DNA of 64,000 nucleotides from an uncultured candidatus Porisulfidus sp. Lineage in GTDB: Bacteria > Pseudomonadota > Gammaproteobacteria > Poriferisulfidales > Poriferisulfidaceae. Location of the stretch: positions 341,681 through 405,680 of the forward strand of contig CBDASZ010000002.1 of NCBI GenBank assembly GCA_965199755.1, read 5' to 3'. Below, in pieces: positions 43,324 to 55,367 of this stretch (within the stretch, counting starts at the first letter, position 1; the number at the start of each line of letters is the position of its first letter). The position numbers and the translations under genes are program-made. The notes under the pieces are model-generated. The model was not told the DNA's origin, made no database searches, and saw only the letters and a program-made list of their open reading frames with translations.

Positions 43324-44594
43324 TCAGAACTTCTTGGCAATCTTTTTGCGCAAGTAGACTGCGGTGGCGTTCATGGTAATGAGAAAGGCCAGCAGCACCA
43401 GAATGGCGGCGGAGGTGCGCTCAGTGAACGCGCGCTCCGGGCTGTCCGACCACAGGTAGATCTGCACTGGCAGCGCGGTGGTCGGATCCAGAAAACCCTG
43501 CGGCGGCTCCACAATGAACGCGACCATACCGATCATCAGAAGCGGTGCTGACTCACCCAACGCCTGCGCCATGCCAATGATGGTTCCGGTTAGCATGCCC
43601 GGCATGGCATTCGGAAGCACATGATGGAAGATCGCCTGCATGCGCGAGGCACCCACCCCCAGCGCGGCCTCCTTGATTGAAGGCGGCACCGACTGGATCG
43701 CGGCGCGCGAGGTGATGATGATGGTTGGCAGCGTCATCAGCGTCAGCACCAGTCCGCCGACCACGGCGGTCGAACGAGGCAATCCGAACCAATTGATGAA
43801 TATGGCCAGACCCAACAGGCCAAAAATAATCGACGGCACTGCCGCGAGGTTGTTGATGTTGATTTCAATCAGGTCAATGAAGCGGTTGCGCGGCGCGAAC
43901 TCTTCCAAGTAGACGGCCGCGCCGACGCCTATCGGGAATGACAGGATCAGCGTCACCAGCAGAGTGAAGAACGAACCGCTCAGCGCACCGAGAATACCGG
44001 CCTGCTCCGGCTCGCGCGAATCGCCGGCAGTAAAGAAGGTGGTATTGAAGCGCCGCTCAATAATGTCGGCCCCCACCAGACGGTCCACGTAAGCGATCAC
44101 ACGATCATTCAACCGTCGCTCACTCTCCGGCAGCGTGCGGTCAATGTAGTCCTTCATCAGCATGTCGATGTCGTCGTCTGCCACCAACCAGACCTGCTGC
44201 GTGGTGCCGATCAGATCCGGGTCGTCACGCACCATCGCGCGCAGATCAAATGCCGAACCCTGACTCAAAATGGAGGCGACTTCGCGCTTCGCACGGCGCT
44301 CGGTGACTTCTGGGAACTGCTGATACAGCGCGTTCTTCGCGAGTCTCCAGTAATCCGCGCGAAATAGCGTGTCCGCCTCGCGCGTGCCCGCCGGATCAAT
44401 GACTTGCGGATCAAAGTAGACCGGCAACTCGACATAGGTCTGTCCAAACGCCTTGTAGCCATTGGCAATGATGCTGCCAAACAGCAGCAATAAAAACGAC
44501 AGTCCCAGCAGAATGGCGATGACCCCGTATAGACGGAAGCGGCGCTCGGCGCGCTGACGGCGCACCAGACCGTGGCGAATTTTGTCGGTGTAAC

Positions 44595-44598
<4 letters not shown>
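43324..44598 (-). CDS. pstA: phosphate ABC transporter permease
   Basis: YLEEFA, ININNLAAVPSIIFGLLGL, AQALGESAPL. Confidence 0.95.
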
Positions 44599-45974
<1,376 letters not shown>

Positions 45975-46007
45975 CGGAGACTATCAGGCATTGCGGACAG
46001 GCTCCGA

Positions 46008-46041
46008 ATTATCGGGTGCGAATATGTCAGTTTTGTTACAG
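46008..46041 (-). promoter_or_regulatory. Pho box and -10 element of the pstCAB promoter
   Basis: Minus strand CTGTAAC-AAAA-CTGACAT (46041-46024) matches CTGTCAT-AWAW-CTGTCAY, followed after exactly 10 bp by GATAAT (46013-46008). Confidence 0.8.
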
Positions 46042-46058
46042 GCGTGCTTGTCACGCCT
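46040..46058 (-). terminator. hairpin downstream of yggX (possible weak terminator)
   Basis: AGGCGTG-cttgt-CACGCCT 7-bp stem, with no clear U-tract. Confidence 0.3.
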
Positions 46059-46072
46059 TGCGTGGCGGCTGT

Positions 46073-46345
46073 TTAGGCGTCGGGTTCTACAAATTCCTTG
46101 GGCTTCTCAGAACCTTCGCCAAAAAAGTACTTCTCCATCTCGTCTTCCAGAAACTTGCGCGCTTTGGGGTCCACCGGAGTCAGCCGATATTCGTTGATCA
46201 GCATGGTCTGATGCCGCAGCCAACCACTCCAGGCTTCCGCGGACACCTGATTGAAAATCCGTTCGCCGAGCGGCCCCGGATAAGGCATGCGCTCCAAACC
46301 TTCAGCCTCGCGGTCGAGCTTGACGCAGTGAACCATTCGTGTCAT
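46073..46345 (-). CDS. yggX: Fe(II)-trafficking / oxidative damage protection protein
   Basis: [41 protein letters not shown]. Confidence 0.95.
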   Translation of the reverse strand: MTRMVHCVKLDREAEGLERMPYPGPLGERIFNQVSAEAWSGWLRHQTMLINEYRLTPVDPKARKFLEDEMEKYFFGEGSEKPKEFVEPDA

Positions 46346-46447
46346 GTTGGAATTTAAGTCGCTGGCTTGGACGACATTATAATTTGTAATATGGTAATAT
46401 GAAAGAGCAAGGGGCTAGTTGCCTTAGCAATAAGGGATCCTGACGTT

Positions 46448-47845
46448 ATGGAAGATCTATCCCATATCATCTACGCTGCCAACGTCTTTGTCTGGGGTTG
46501 GCCCACGATAATCCTGCTGCTGGGTCTGGGCATCTATCTCACCATTGGATTGCGCTTTGTAACACTGCGCAAGCTCGGCACCAGTTTCCGCAAACTCGCC
46601 AGCGGGCGTTATCCCTCCGGGGTGGGAGAAATCTCTCCGTTTCGCTCACTGATGACCGCCATGTCCGCCACGGTGGGGACCGGCAACATTGCGGGCGTCG
46701 CCACCGCCATTGCGCTCGGTGGTCCGGGTGCCATCTTCTGGATGTGGCTGATGGCGCTGCTCGGCATGGCGACCAAATACTCTGAGGCCGTGCTCGCGGT
46801 GTATTTCCGGCAGAAAAACGAGTACGACGAATACCATGGCGGCCCCATGTACTACATCAAGATCGGCATCAGCGAGAGCCTTGGCCCGCGCTTCGCCACG
46901 GTGGCGGCCATTCTCGCCGCGCTGTTCGCCATCTTCGCCGCCTTCGCCAGTTTCGGCATCGGCAATATGGTGCAGTCGAACTCCGTTGCAGATGCCCTGA
47001 ACAGCGTCTTCAATATCCCTGAATGGGTCAGCGGCAGCGTCGTCGCCGGGCTCGCCGGCCTGGTCATTCTCGGCGGCCTCAAGCGCATCGCTGCGGTTGC
47101 CGCCAAACTGGTGCCGTTGATGACGGTCACCTATGTGGTCTGCGCGCTGAGCATCATTCTGCTCAACGTCTCGGAAGTCCCGTCCGCGCTCTACACCATT
47201 GTGTATGCCGCCTTCAACGGTCAGGCCGCAGTCGGCGGCTTCGCCGGCACCGCGGTGATGATGGCCATCCAGTTCGGTATTGCGCGCGGCATCTTCTCCA
47301 ATGAGGCCGGCCTTGGCAGCGCCGCGATCGCGCATGCCGCCGCACAGACCAACAGCCCGGTGTCGCAGGGACATATCGCCATGCTCGGCACCTTTATCGA
47401 CACCTTAATCATCTGCACCATGACCGGCCTGGTCATCGTCATCACCGGGGCTTGGACCACCGGCTTGTCCGGCGCGGCCATGTCCACTGCCGCTTTCGGC
47501 GGTGCCCTGCCGCATGGCGACACCATCATCTCTATCGCTCTGGCCGTATTCGCCTTCACCACGGTGCTGGGCTGGAGTCTCTATGGTGAGCGCTGCTTGC
47601 AATACCTGTTCGGACACGTCATTACGTATCCGTTTCGGGTTCTGTGGATCATCGCGCTATACGTGGGGTCCACGCAGGAATTGAACCTGTTGTGGGCGCT
47701 CGCGGACACCTTGAATGGCCTGATGGCATGGCCTAATCTGATCGGAATCCTGCTGCTGTCCGGGCTGGTATTTCGCTTGACTCGGGACGAAGAGACGCGG
47801 GAAGGCGCAGGATTGAAACCAGATTCCGAATCTGAGCCCTCTTAA
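46448..47845 (+). CDS. alanine/glycine:cation symporter (AGCS family), copy 1
   Basis: ATVGTGNIAGVATAI..GGPGAIFWMW, GGPMYYI, GNMVQSN, RGIFSNEAGLGS, FIDTLIICTMT. Confidence 0.95.
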   Translation: MEDLSHIIYAANVFVWGWPTIILLLGLGIYLTIGLRFVTLRKLGTSFRKLASGRYPSGVGEISPFRSLMTAMSATVGTGNIAGVATAIALGGPGAIFWMWLMALLGMATKYSEAVLAVYFRQKNEYDEYHGGPMYYIKIGISESLGPRFATVAAILAALFAIFAAFASFGIGNMVQSNSVADALNSVFNIPEWVSGSVVAGLAGLVILGGLKRIAAVAAKLVPLMTVTYVVCALSIILLNVSEVPSALYTIVYAAFNGQAAVGGFAGTAVMMAIQFGIARGIFSNEAGLGSAAIAHAAAQTNSPVSQGHIAMLGTFIDTLIICTMTGLVIVITGAWTTGLSGAAMSTAAFGGALPHGDTIISIALAVFAFTTVLGWSLYGERCLQYLFGHVITYPFRVLWIIALYVGSTQELNLLWALADTLNGLMAWPNLIGILLLSGLVFRLTRDEETREGAGLKPDSESEPS

Positions 47846-49231
47846 GCAATGACGCGTTGCGCGATTTCCCCCTGGCACCTTAGAGGGTTCCTCTAATAAT
47901 ATTCAGAACAAGGGACTCACAGCCCGGCAGCAGGGTTTGGAGAATCCGGCATGTTTGAACATCTCGCGGACACGATTCACACCGTCAATGGCTTTGTCTG
48001 GGGCTGGCCCACGATCATTTTGCTCATGGGGCTGGCCATCTATCTCACGATCGGGCTGCGGTTTATCACGTTACGCAAGATCGGAGCAGGCTTTCGCAAA
48101 TTGATTCAAGGGCGCGCCCCTGCTGGCGAAGGGGAAGTGTCGCCATTCCAGTCACTGATGACCGCCATGCTGGCCACGCTGGGGACCGGCAACATTGCGG
48201 GCGTCGCCACCGCCATTGCGCTCGGTGGTCCGGGTGCCATCTTCTGGATGTGGCTGATGGCGCTGCTCGGCATGGCGACCAAATACTCTGAGGCCGTGCT
48301 CGCGGTGTATTTCCGGCAGAAAAACGAGTACGACGAATACCATGGCGGCCCCATGTACTACATCAAGATCGGCATCAGCGAGAGCCTTGGCCCGCGCTTC
48401 GCCACGGTGGCGGCCATTCTCGCCGCGCTGTTCGCCATCTTCGCCGCCTTCGCCAGTTTCGGCATCGGCAATATGGTGCAGTCGAACTCCGTTGCAGATG
48501 CCCTGAACAGCGTCTTCAATATCCCTGAATGGGTCAGCGGCAGCGTCGTCGCCGGGCTCGCCGGCCTGGTCATTCTCGGCGGCCTCAAGCGCATCGCTGC
48601 GGTTGCCGCCAAACTGGTGCCGTTGATGACGGTCACCTATGTGGTCTGCGCGCTGAGCATCATTCTGCTCAACGTCTCGGAAGTCCCGTCCGCGCTCTAC
48701 ACCATTGTGTATGCCGCCTTCAACGGTCAGGCCGCAGTCGGCGGCTTCGCCGGCACCGCGGTGATGATGGCCATCCAGTTCGGTATTGCGCGCGGCATCT
48801 TCTCCAATGAGGCCGGCCTTGGCAGCGCCGCGATCGCGCATGCCGCCGCACAGACCAACAGCCCGGTGTCGCAGGGACATATCGCCATGCTCGGCACCTT
48901 TATCGACACCTTAATCATCTGCACCATGACCGGCCTGGTCATCGTCATCACCGGGGCTTGGACCACCGGCTTGTCCGGCGCGGCCATGTCCACTGCCGCT
49001 TTCGGCGGTGCCCTGCCGCATGGCGACACCATCATCTCTATCGCTCTGGCCGTATTCGCCTTCACCACGGTGCTGGGCTGGAGTCTCTATGGTGAGCGCT
49101 GCTTGCAATACCTGTTCGGACACGTCATTACGTACCCGTTTCGGGTTCTGTGGATCATCGCGCTATACGTGGGGTCCACGCAGGAATTGAACCTGTTGTG
49201 GGCGCTCGCGGACACCTTGAATGGCCTGATG
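46674..49231 (+). repeat. near-identical direct repeat: 46674-47725 and 48180-49231 (offset 1506 bp)
   Basis: Translations in several frames are identical across the block. Only one synonymous difference was seen (TAT/TAC at 47629/49135). Confidence 0.92.
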
Positions 49232-50176
49232 ATATGGCCCAACCTGATCGGAATCCTGCTGCTGTCCGGGCTGGTATTTCGCTTGACTCGGGAATATGAA
49301 GCCCGCGAAGATCGTCTGCTCCAGAAATACCAACCCGAGAAATGTCCGGTTAATCGAGATCGCGTTGCGGGAGATGTTCGTCGGGCCCTGCAGGAAGACG
49401 GGGTGGATCGGGACGTCAGCACAGTGTTGGTGCCGAACCGCAAGGTGCGCGTACACGTCTGGTGCAATCAGGAAGGAGTGCTGTGCGGCACGCCGTGGGT
49501 CGAAGAGACCTTTCATCAGATTGACACCAGTGTGCGCATTGATTCCTGGCAATACACGGACGGCGAGGTTCTGCCTTCCAATACTATCATCGGATGTCTG
49601 GAAGGCCCCGCGCATGCCTTGCTACGCGGCGAGCGCGTCGCGCTGAACTTCCTGCAGTTGCTGTCCGCCACGGCCACACAGACCCGGAAGATGGTGGAGG
49701 CTATGAACATGCCCTCCTGCCTGCTGCTCGGCACTCGCAAAACGCTGCCCGGCCTGCGCGATGCGCAAAGATATGCGGTACTTTGCGGCGGCGGACAAAA
49801 CCACCGCGCCAACCTGAGCGAAGCCGTGCTGCTGAAGGAAAACCATCAGGCCCTGCTGAGCAATCTGAAAGAGACTATCAAGCAGGCGCGCACGCGCTAC
49901 CCCGATATGTCGATCATCGTGGAGGTCGAGGACTTGGAGCAACTTGAGGAGGTGCGCAAGGCCATCCCGGATATCATTCTGCTGGACAACTTTGATGCCC
50001 AGCAGGTCAGAAAGGCGGTCGCCCGATGCCCGAACATTCCGCTGGAAGTCTCTGGCGGCATCACCGTAGAAAACGTGGAAGCCTACGCGACCACCGGCGT
50101 GAGTCAAATCTCCTCAGGCAGCCTGACCAAAAATGTCGCGTCCATCGACTTCTCGATGCGCTTCGAGGAGATTTGA
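47951..50176 (+). CDS. nadC: AGCS symporter (copy 2) fused in frame to quinolinate phosphoribosyltransferase NadC
   Basis: aa 1-~450 are AGCS. After a short linker come DVRRALQED..D, ERVALNFLQLLSATAT, TRKTLPGLR, NHR, LLKENH, VEVE, LLDNF, EVSGGI, ISSGSLT (NadC). Confidence 0.9.
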   Translation: MFEHLADTIHTVNGFVWGWPTIILLMGLAIYLTIGLRFITLRKIGAGFRKLIQGRAPAGEGEVSPFQSLMTAMLATLGTGNIAGVATAIALGGPGAIFWMWLMALLGMATKYSEAVLAVYFRQKNEYDEYHGGPMYYIKIGISESLGPRFATVAAILAALFAIFAAFASFGIGNMVQSNSVADALNSVFNIPEWVSGSVVAGLAGLVILGGLKRIAAVAAKLVPLMTVTYVVCALSIILLNVSEVPSALYTIVYAAFNGQAAVGGFAGTAVMMAIQFGIARGIFSNEAGLGSAAIAHAAAQTNSPVSQGHIAMLGTFIDTLIICTMTGLVIVITGAWTTGLSGAAMSTAAFGGALPHGDTIISIALAVFAFTTVLGWSLYGERCLQYLFGHVITYPFRVLWIIALYVGSTQELNLLWALADTLNGLMIWPNLIGILLLSGLVFRLTREYEAREDRLLQKYQPEKCPVNRDRVAGDVRRALQEDGVDRDVSTVLVPNRKVRVHVWCNQEGVLCGTPWVEETFHQIDTSVRIDSWQYTDGEVLPSNTIIGCLEGPAHALLRGERVALNFLQLLSATATQTRKMVEAMNMPSCLLLGTRKTLPGLRDAQRYAVLCGGGQNHRANLSEAVLLKENHQALLSNLKETIKQARTRYPDMSIIVEVEDLEQLEEVRKAIPDIILLDNFDAQQVRKAVARCPNIPLEVSGGITVENVEAYATTGVSQISSGSLTKNVASIDFSMRFEEI

Positions 50177-50183
50177 GGCACGT

Positions 50184-50957
50184 TCAGCCTGCTTCCGCAC
50201 GCTTGACCTCTGTCCACAACGCTTCCCAGCGCTCAGCGGACACCGACTCCACATCTTCTCCGGTCTCAGCCAGACGCGCTTCCATCCCGTGAAAGCGGCG
50301 CTGGAAGCGCGAACAGGCCCGCTGCAACAACTCCTCCGGTCGCTCGCCGCAATGGCGCGCATAGTTGACCAGCGTAAACAGCACATCGCCGATTTCATCC
50401 GCCCGCGCCTGCTCGTCGGGAGCATTGCGCATCTCTTCGATCTCCTCATCAATCTTGGCCTCAACCTGTTGCGCCTCAGACCAGTCAAAACCGACGCACG
50501 CGGCGCGGTGCTGTAACTTGTAGGCGCGCGTCAAAGCCGGCAAGGTGCGCGGCACATCCGACAAGACGCCCACGTATCCCGCGGCAGTGCGCTCGCGGTG
50601 CTTGATCTCTTCCCAAAACGCCTTGATTTCCTCTTCGCTGCACGGGCCCGCGTCCGCAAACACGTGCGGGTGCCGCTCCACCATCTTGGTACAGATCGCC
50701 TCGACCACGTCCTCAAACTCAAACAGACCGCGCGCGGAGGCCATCTCCGCGTGATACACCACCTGCAGCAGCAGATCTCCAAGTTCACCGCGTAGCTCTT
50801 CCCATGCCTCACGCTCGATCGCATCGGCAACCTCGTACGCCTCCTCCACAGTGAACACGGCAATGGACGCGAAATCCTGATTGATAATCCACGGACAGCC
50901 CTCCTGCGGGTCGCGCAGACGGCGCATGACGGACAACAAATCCTCAACCGTGCTCAT
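50184..50957 (-). CDS. mazG: nucleoside triphosphate pyrophosphohydrolase
   Basis: LRDPQEGCPW, EEAYEVADAI, ELGDLLLQVVYH, RHPHVF, GFDW, EIGDVLF. Confidence 0.96.
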   Translation of the reverse strand: MSTVEDLLSVMRRLRDPQEGCPWIINQDFASIAVFTVEEAYEVADAIEREAWEELRGELGDLLLQVVYHAEMASARGLFEFEDVVEAICTKMVERHPHVFADAGPCSEEEIKAFWEEIKHRERTAAGYVGVLSDVPRTLPALTRAYKLQHRAACVGFDWSEAQQVEAKIDEEIEEMRNAPDEQARADEIGDVLFTLVNYARHCGERPEELLQRACSRFQRRFHGMEARLAETGEDVESVSAERWEALWTEVKRAEAG

Positions 50958-51068
50958 AAACAACTCCTTGGCTCATGGTTTTCTGCAGTGCCATCTTATG
51001 GAATGGTGCAGCTTCCGGTCGCCTTGCTACAATGACGCCGCCTCCACGCCTCCTTCCTGACTCCCTCC

Positions 51069-51938
51069 ATGAGCGCCCCCGTTCGCAAAGCGGTATTCCC
51101 GGTCGCCGGACTCGGCACGCGCTTTCTGCCCGCCACCAAGGCCGTACCCAAGGAAGCCCTGCCCATCGTCGACACGCCGCTGATCCAATACGCGGTGGAA
51201 GAAGCGCTGGCCGCTGGCATTGATCAGTTGATCTTCATCACCGGGCGCAACAAGCGCGCGATCCCGGACCATTTCGACATGTCCTATGAGCTGGAAGCGG
51301 AACTGGAGGCGAGCGGCAAAACCGAACAACTGGAACAAATCCGGCAGATCACGCCGGAGGGCGTCAACTGCATCTACCTGCGCCAGCGCAAGGCGCTCGG
51401 GCTGGGACACGCGGTGCTGTGCGCGGAATCGGTGATCGGCAATGAGCCGTTCGCTGTGGTTCTGGCGGACGATTTGATCAATGGCGGCGATGACCCCTGC
51501 CTGAGCCAGATGGTCCGAGTGCATGAATCCACTGGCTCCAGCATCATCGCGGTCGAGCCGGCACCACCAGAACGTATCTCACGCTACGGCGTGATCTCAG
51601 GGAACTATCACGGCGAGCGACTGTGGACGCTTGATGGCATCGTGGAGAAACCGAAAGCGGAAGATGCACCCTCTGATCTGGGCGTGGTGGGCCGTTATGT
51701 ATTCACTCCGCAGATCTTCCAGCATCTGCACCAGACCGAACCCGGTGCCGGCGGCGAGATTCAGTTAACCGACGCGGTGGCCAGTCAGCTGAAAGAAGAA
51801 ACGGTATACGCCTACCGCTTTGTCGGACAGCGCTACGATTGCGGCAGCAAACTGGGGTTCCTGCACGCCACTGTCGATTACGCCCTGCAGCGCGAGGATA
51901 TTGGTGCGGAATTTCGGAAGTTACTGAGTTCGCTGTAA
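51069..51938 (+). CDS. galU: UTP--glucose-1-phosphate uridylyltransferase
   Basis: AVFPVAGLGTRFLPATKAVPKE, ALGLGHAVLCA, VEKP, GEIQLTDA, YDCGSKLG. Confidence 0.97.
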   Translation: MSAPVRKAVFPVAGLGTRFLPATKAVPKEALPIVDTPLIQYAVEEALAAGIDQLIFITGRNKRAIPDHFDMSYELEAELEASGKTEQLEQIRQITPEGVNCIYLRQRKALGLGHAVLCAESVIGNEPFAVVLADDLINGGDDPCLSQMVRVHESTGSSIIAVEPAPPERISRYGVISGNYHGERLWTLDGIVEKPKAEDAPSDLGVVGRYVFTPQIFQHLHQTEPGAGGEIQLTDAVASQLKEETVYAYRFVGQRYDCGSKLGFLHATVDYALQREDIGAEFRKLLSSL

Positions 51939-51990
51939 CAAGAACCTGAGTTGCGACTGGCTGCGCAACAGATTTTTCTGCGAGTGAGAG

Positions 51991-52066
51991 TGGCTCCCCG
52001 GGACGGATTCGAACCGCCGACCCGATGGTTAACAGCCATCTGCTCTGCCAGCTGAGCTACCGGGGA
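51991..52066 (-). tRNA. tRNA-Asn(GTT)
   Basis: TCCCCGGTAGCTCAGCTGGCAGAGCAGATGGCTGTTAACCATCGGGTCGGCGGTTCGAATCCGTCCCGGGGAGCCA: 76-nt cloverleaf, anticodon GTT, encoded CCA. Confidence 0.97.
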
Positions 52067-52248
52067 ATTGGGCGCGCAAGTTTAACACAAATGCCTCCTT
52101 GCATGACGAAAAAGGGAATTGCAAATAGCTAATTGGAAAGATCAAGCAGTCGTGCTCTCCTCCGAATTTGCCCTTGCGATTCACGGATAGTCAAAACCTT
52201 GCGGCTATAATGTTTTCCCGCACCTGCATGACGCCTGCTAGGACTATT

Positions 52249-52758
52249 ATGGAGATGATTACGGACTCGGCGTGGATGATTCCTTCAATCATTGTTGCCA
52301 CTCTAGCCGTGCCTGGCTTGGTCTTTAAAACTGGTGAATGGATCGGGAGCGTTAACTCATACGGAAAAGATTTTGAGAAGGTAATGCAGGCCGTCCGCAG
52401 TGATCTTGCGGACATAAGTAACGGTCTAAAGGAAATCCTTGCGGGCCTGCCTGTCGCTCTATTGGTTGCTGGCGGTCCCTTGCGGTTGTCAGATACAGGG
52501 AGAGAAATCTCGAAGACACTTTCTGCTTCCGAATGGGCCAGCGAAACAGCTTCTCTCATTGCTGGTCAGGTAGAAGGCAAAACGCCCTATAAAATTCAGG
52601 AGTTCTGTTTTCACTATGTTAGCAAGGAGTTGGGGCCTTCTGCCGAATTAGACATACACCTCAAAGAGTGCGCCTGCGAGCTTGGCATTAAGAAAGAACA
52701 AACGCTCAAGGTTCTGGCTATCGAATTGCGCGATGTGTTGACGGGGACTGCCAAATAA
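52249..52758 (+). CDS. hypothetical protein with an N-terminal membrane anchor and short coiled coil
   Basis: Hydrophobic segment WMIPSIIVATLAVPGLVF, then a helical region and PLRLSDTG. Start codon uncertain; lower GC. Confidence 0.6.
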   Translation: MEMITDSAWMIPSIIVATLAVPGLVFKTGEWIGSVNSYGKDFEKVMQAVRSDLADISNGLKEILAGLPVALLVAGGPLRLSDTGREISKTLSASEWASETASLIAGQVEGKTPYKIQEFCFHYVSKELGPSAELDIHLKECACELGIKKEQTLKVLAIELRDVLTGTAK

Positions 52759-52798
52759 TCACAATGGTTTCATACCAAAAACACAACCTGAAACTGAC

Positions 52799-53299
52799 TT
52801 GAATATGCCCCCCTCCCTCTCATCGCAACGCAGCAGCGTCTGGACTGAAGGCGCTCTCGTCATTGGCATTCTGGCTCTGGTGACGCTGGCGGTATATTTG
52901 TCGGTTGACACGATACGCAAACAGGCAGACATAACGCAGGCGATCAACGATGTCACCGCTATTCAAACCGCCGTCATACAGTGGGCCAAAGAACACGCCG
53001 AAGAACCCAACGAAATTCCCACTGTCTGGAGCCAAGTGGCCAAGTTTATGCCGGAAGAGTTGCAAGAGGCCGCGCATGGATCGGATGACGCATACTTGCG
53101 CGGCAACACCCCTTGGGAAAGCGACTACGTTTTGTCTGTCTCATCCGTAACCGGTGCCACACCGAGCGTGGCTATCACCGGAGTACCTGAGGACATGCGC
53201 GAAGCAGTGGCCAGTCAGATGCAAAAGATCGGTGCCACCGGAGTTGGCCCATGCGTTCTCCCCACGGCTGGAGATATTTGCATCGAACTGCTGCCTTAA
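52799..53299 (+). CDS. type IV pilin-like protein with a degenerate prepilin cleavage site
   Basis: [23 protein letters not shown] (Glu at +5, hydrophobic helix), amphipathic helix [16 protein letters not shown] motif and a C-terminal Cys pair. Confidence 0.6.
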   Translation: MNMPPSLSSQRSSVWTEGALVIGILALVTLAVYLSVDTIRKQADITQAINDVTAIQTAVIQWAKEHAEEPNEIPTVWSQVAKFMPEELQEAAHGSDDAYLRGNTPWESDYVLSVSSVTGATPSVAITGVPEDMREAVASQMQKIGATGVGPCVLPTAGDICIELLP

Positions 53300-53326
53300 C
53301 ACAGCACTCCAAGAAGCGACCAGACC

Positions 53327-55339
53327 TTACAGCAAGGGCGCGATCACCAAGCTCACAATCGCCATCACGTTAATCAGAATGTTCATGGACGGGCCTGAGG
53401 TGTCCTTGAACGGATCCCCCACCGTATCGCCCACCACGCACGCATGATGCGCTTCTGAACCTTTACCGCCCAGATTGCCGCGCTCCACATATTTCTTGGC
53501 GTTGTCCCAGGCTCCGCCCGCATTCGCCATCATCAAAGCCAACAGCACGCAACCCAGCAAGGCACCGCCCAGCATTCCACCAAGCGCCTGCGCGCCAAGA
53601 CCAAATCCGACCACGACCGGGGCCACCACCGCCAGCGTTCCCGGCAGCACCATGCGCCGCAGTGCGGCGCGCGTCGCAATATCCACGCAACGCACCGTGT
53701 CTGGTTTGCCGCTGCCTTCCAAAAGCCCCGGAATCTCACGGAACTGGCGGCGAATCTCCTGAATCATCTCAAACGCCGCATCCCCTACTGCGGACATGGT
53801 AAATGCGGCGACCAAAAACGGGAACACACCGCCGATAAACATACCCACCAACACGAGCGGGTCGTTGAGGCGCAGTTCGATCGCCCCGCCTGAGCCGTGA
53901 CTGACTTCCGCCAGAAATGCCGTGATGATGGCCAGCGCCGCCAAGGCGGCGGCTCCAATCGCAAAGCCCTTACCGATAGCGGCCGTGGTGTTCCCCACTT
54001 CGTCCAACGTATCCGTAATCTGGCGTGTCTCTTTGCCTAACTCCGCCATCTCGGCAATGCCACCAGCATTGTCCGCAATCGGGCCATAAGCGTCGATCGC
54101 CATGGTCATGCCGACCGTTGCCAGCATACCCACCGCGGCGATGCCGACTCCGTAAAGACCGGCTGTGTAATGCGCGAAATAAATGATCGCGGCGATCGCC
54201 AGCACTGGTATCGCCACCGAACGCATGCCGGTCGCCAAGCCACGAATCATGACGGTCGCGGCACCTGTCTCGCCGGCTTCCGCAAGGCGCTTGATCGGCG
54301 CGCCCGCGGTGAAGTATTCAGTAACCAGACCAATAATGATGCCGCCGATAGCTCCCGACAAAACGGCGATCCAGACTCCCGGTGCCACACCCAAAGACTG
54401 AATTACAACATACGCCAGAACAATGAACAGCACCGCAGAGCCCAGCGTACCCAAACGCAAGGCCGCATCCGGCTTGCTATGCACACGAATGCGGACCAGC
54501 AAGATGCCGATCACGGAGCACACCAGCCCCAGTGACGCCAGACCCAGTGGCAGAAACATCAACACTTGTTGCGCGCCCAGTGCTTGCAACTCCAGCAGCG
54601 GCAAGGCCGCAGCTAGAGCAATGGTCGCGATTATGGCACCGCAGTATGATTCAAAAATATCCGATCCCATGCCGGCCACATCGCCAACATTGTCACCTAC
54701 GTTGTCGGCAATGACTCCGGGATTGCGCGGATCATCCTCAGGGATACCGGCCTCAATCTTGCCGACCAGATCGGCACCGACATCAGCGCATTTGGTGTAA
54801 ATACCGCCCCCGACACGGGCAAAGAGTGCCACTGAGGATGCGCCCATGCCAAAGCCGTGAATGACATGCGCGGTAGCCGGATCCTGACCAAACGCCAGAT
54901 ACAAGCCACCGAGGCCGAGCAACCCCAGCGCCGCAATGGTCAGGCCCATAATGGAGCCGCCGTAAAACGCCAGCGACAAGGCGAGCGGCGCTCCGTCCAT
55001 ATGCGCGGCCACCGCTGTGCGGACGTTGGCGCGCGTCGCTGTGTACATCCCAATGATTCCCGCCAGCGACGAACACAACGCGCCGGTGAGAAACGCAATC
55101 ATGGTCGGCAGTCCCAGATCGGACAAGGCCAGTACTACCGCCACCACCGCCACAAACAGATACATGACCAGATACTCACGGCGCATGAACGCCATGGTGC
55201 CCTGCTGGATTTCCTGAGCGATGTCAGCCACCCGGCCATATCCGCCCGGATAGCGCTGGATCACGCGATAGATAAGAAAAGCGACAAGCATGCCGAGCAC
55301 GCCGAGCACAACCGGAGTATGTTCAAGGTTCAGATTCAT
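53327..55339 (-). CDS. hppA: membrane-bound K+-dependent (probably Na+-translocating) pyrophosphatase
   Basis: [38 protein letters not shown] (K+-dependent type), [19 protein letters not shown]. Confidence 0.95.
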   Translation of the reverse strand: MNLNLEHTPVVLGVLGMLVAFLIYRVIQRYPGGYGRVADIAQEIQQGTMAFMRREYLVMYLFVAVVAVVLALSDLGLPTMIAFLTGALCSSLAGIIGMYTATRANVRTAVAAHMDGAPLALSLAFYGGSIMGLTIAALGLLGLGGLYLAFGQDPATAHVIHGFGMGASSVALFARVGGGIYTKCADVGADLVGKIEAGIPEDDPRNPGVIADNVGDNVGDVAGMGSDIFESYCGAIIATIALAAALPLLELQALGAQQVLMFLPLGLASLGLVCSVIGILLVRIRVHSKPDAALRLGTLGSAVLFIVLAYVVIQSLGVAPGVWIAVLSGAIGGIIIGLVTEYFTAGAPIKRLAEAGETGAATVMIRGLATGMRSVAIPVLAIAAIIYFAHYTAGLYGVGIAAVGMLATVGMTMAIDAYGPIADNAGGIAEMAELGKETRQITDTLDEVGNTTAAIGKGFAIGAAALAALAIITAFLAEVSHGSGGAIELRLNDPLVLVGMFIGGVFPFLVAAFTMSAVGDAAFEMIQEIRRQFREIPGLLEGSGKPDTVRCVDIATRAALRRMVLPGTLAVVAPVVVGFGLGAQALGGMLGGALLGCVLLALMMANAGGAWDNAKKYVERGNLGGKGSEAHHACVVGDTVGDPFKDTSGPSMNILINVMAIVSLVIAPLL

Positions 55340-55367
55340 AAGAGGGGAAAAATCCTAAAAAAGCGGG

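Noticed and set aside
46346-46447. Glycine riboswitch ahead of the AGCS symporters
   Set aside because: Both leaders are only ~100 bp and lack the recognisable tandem aptamer motifs.
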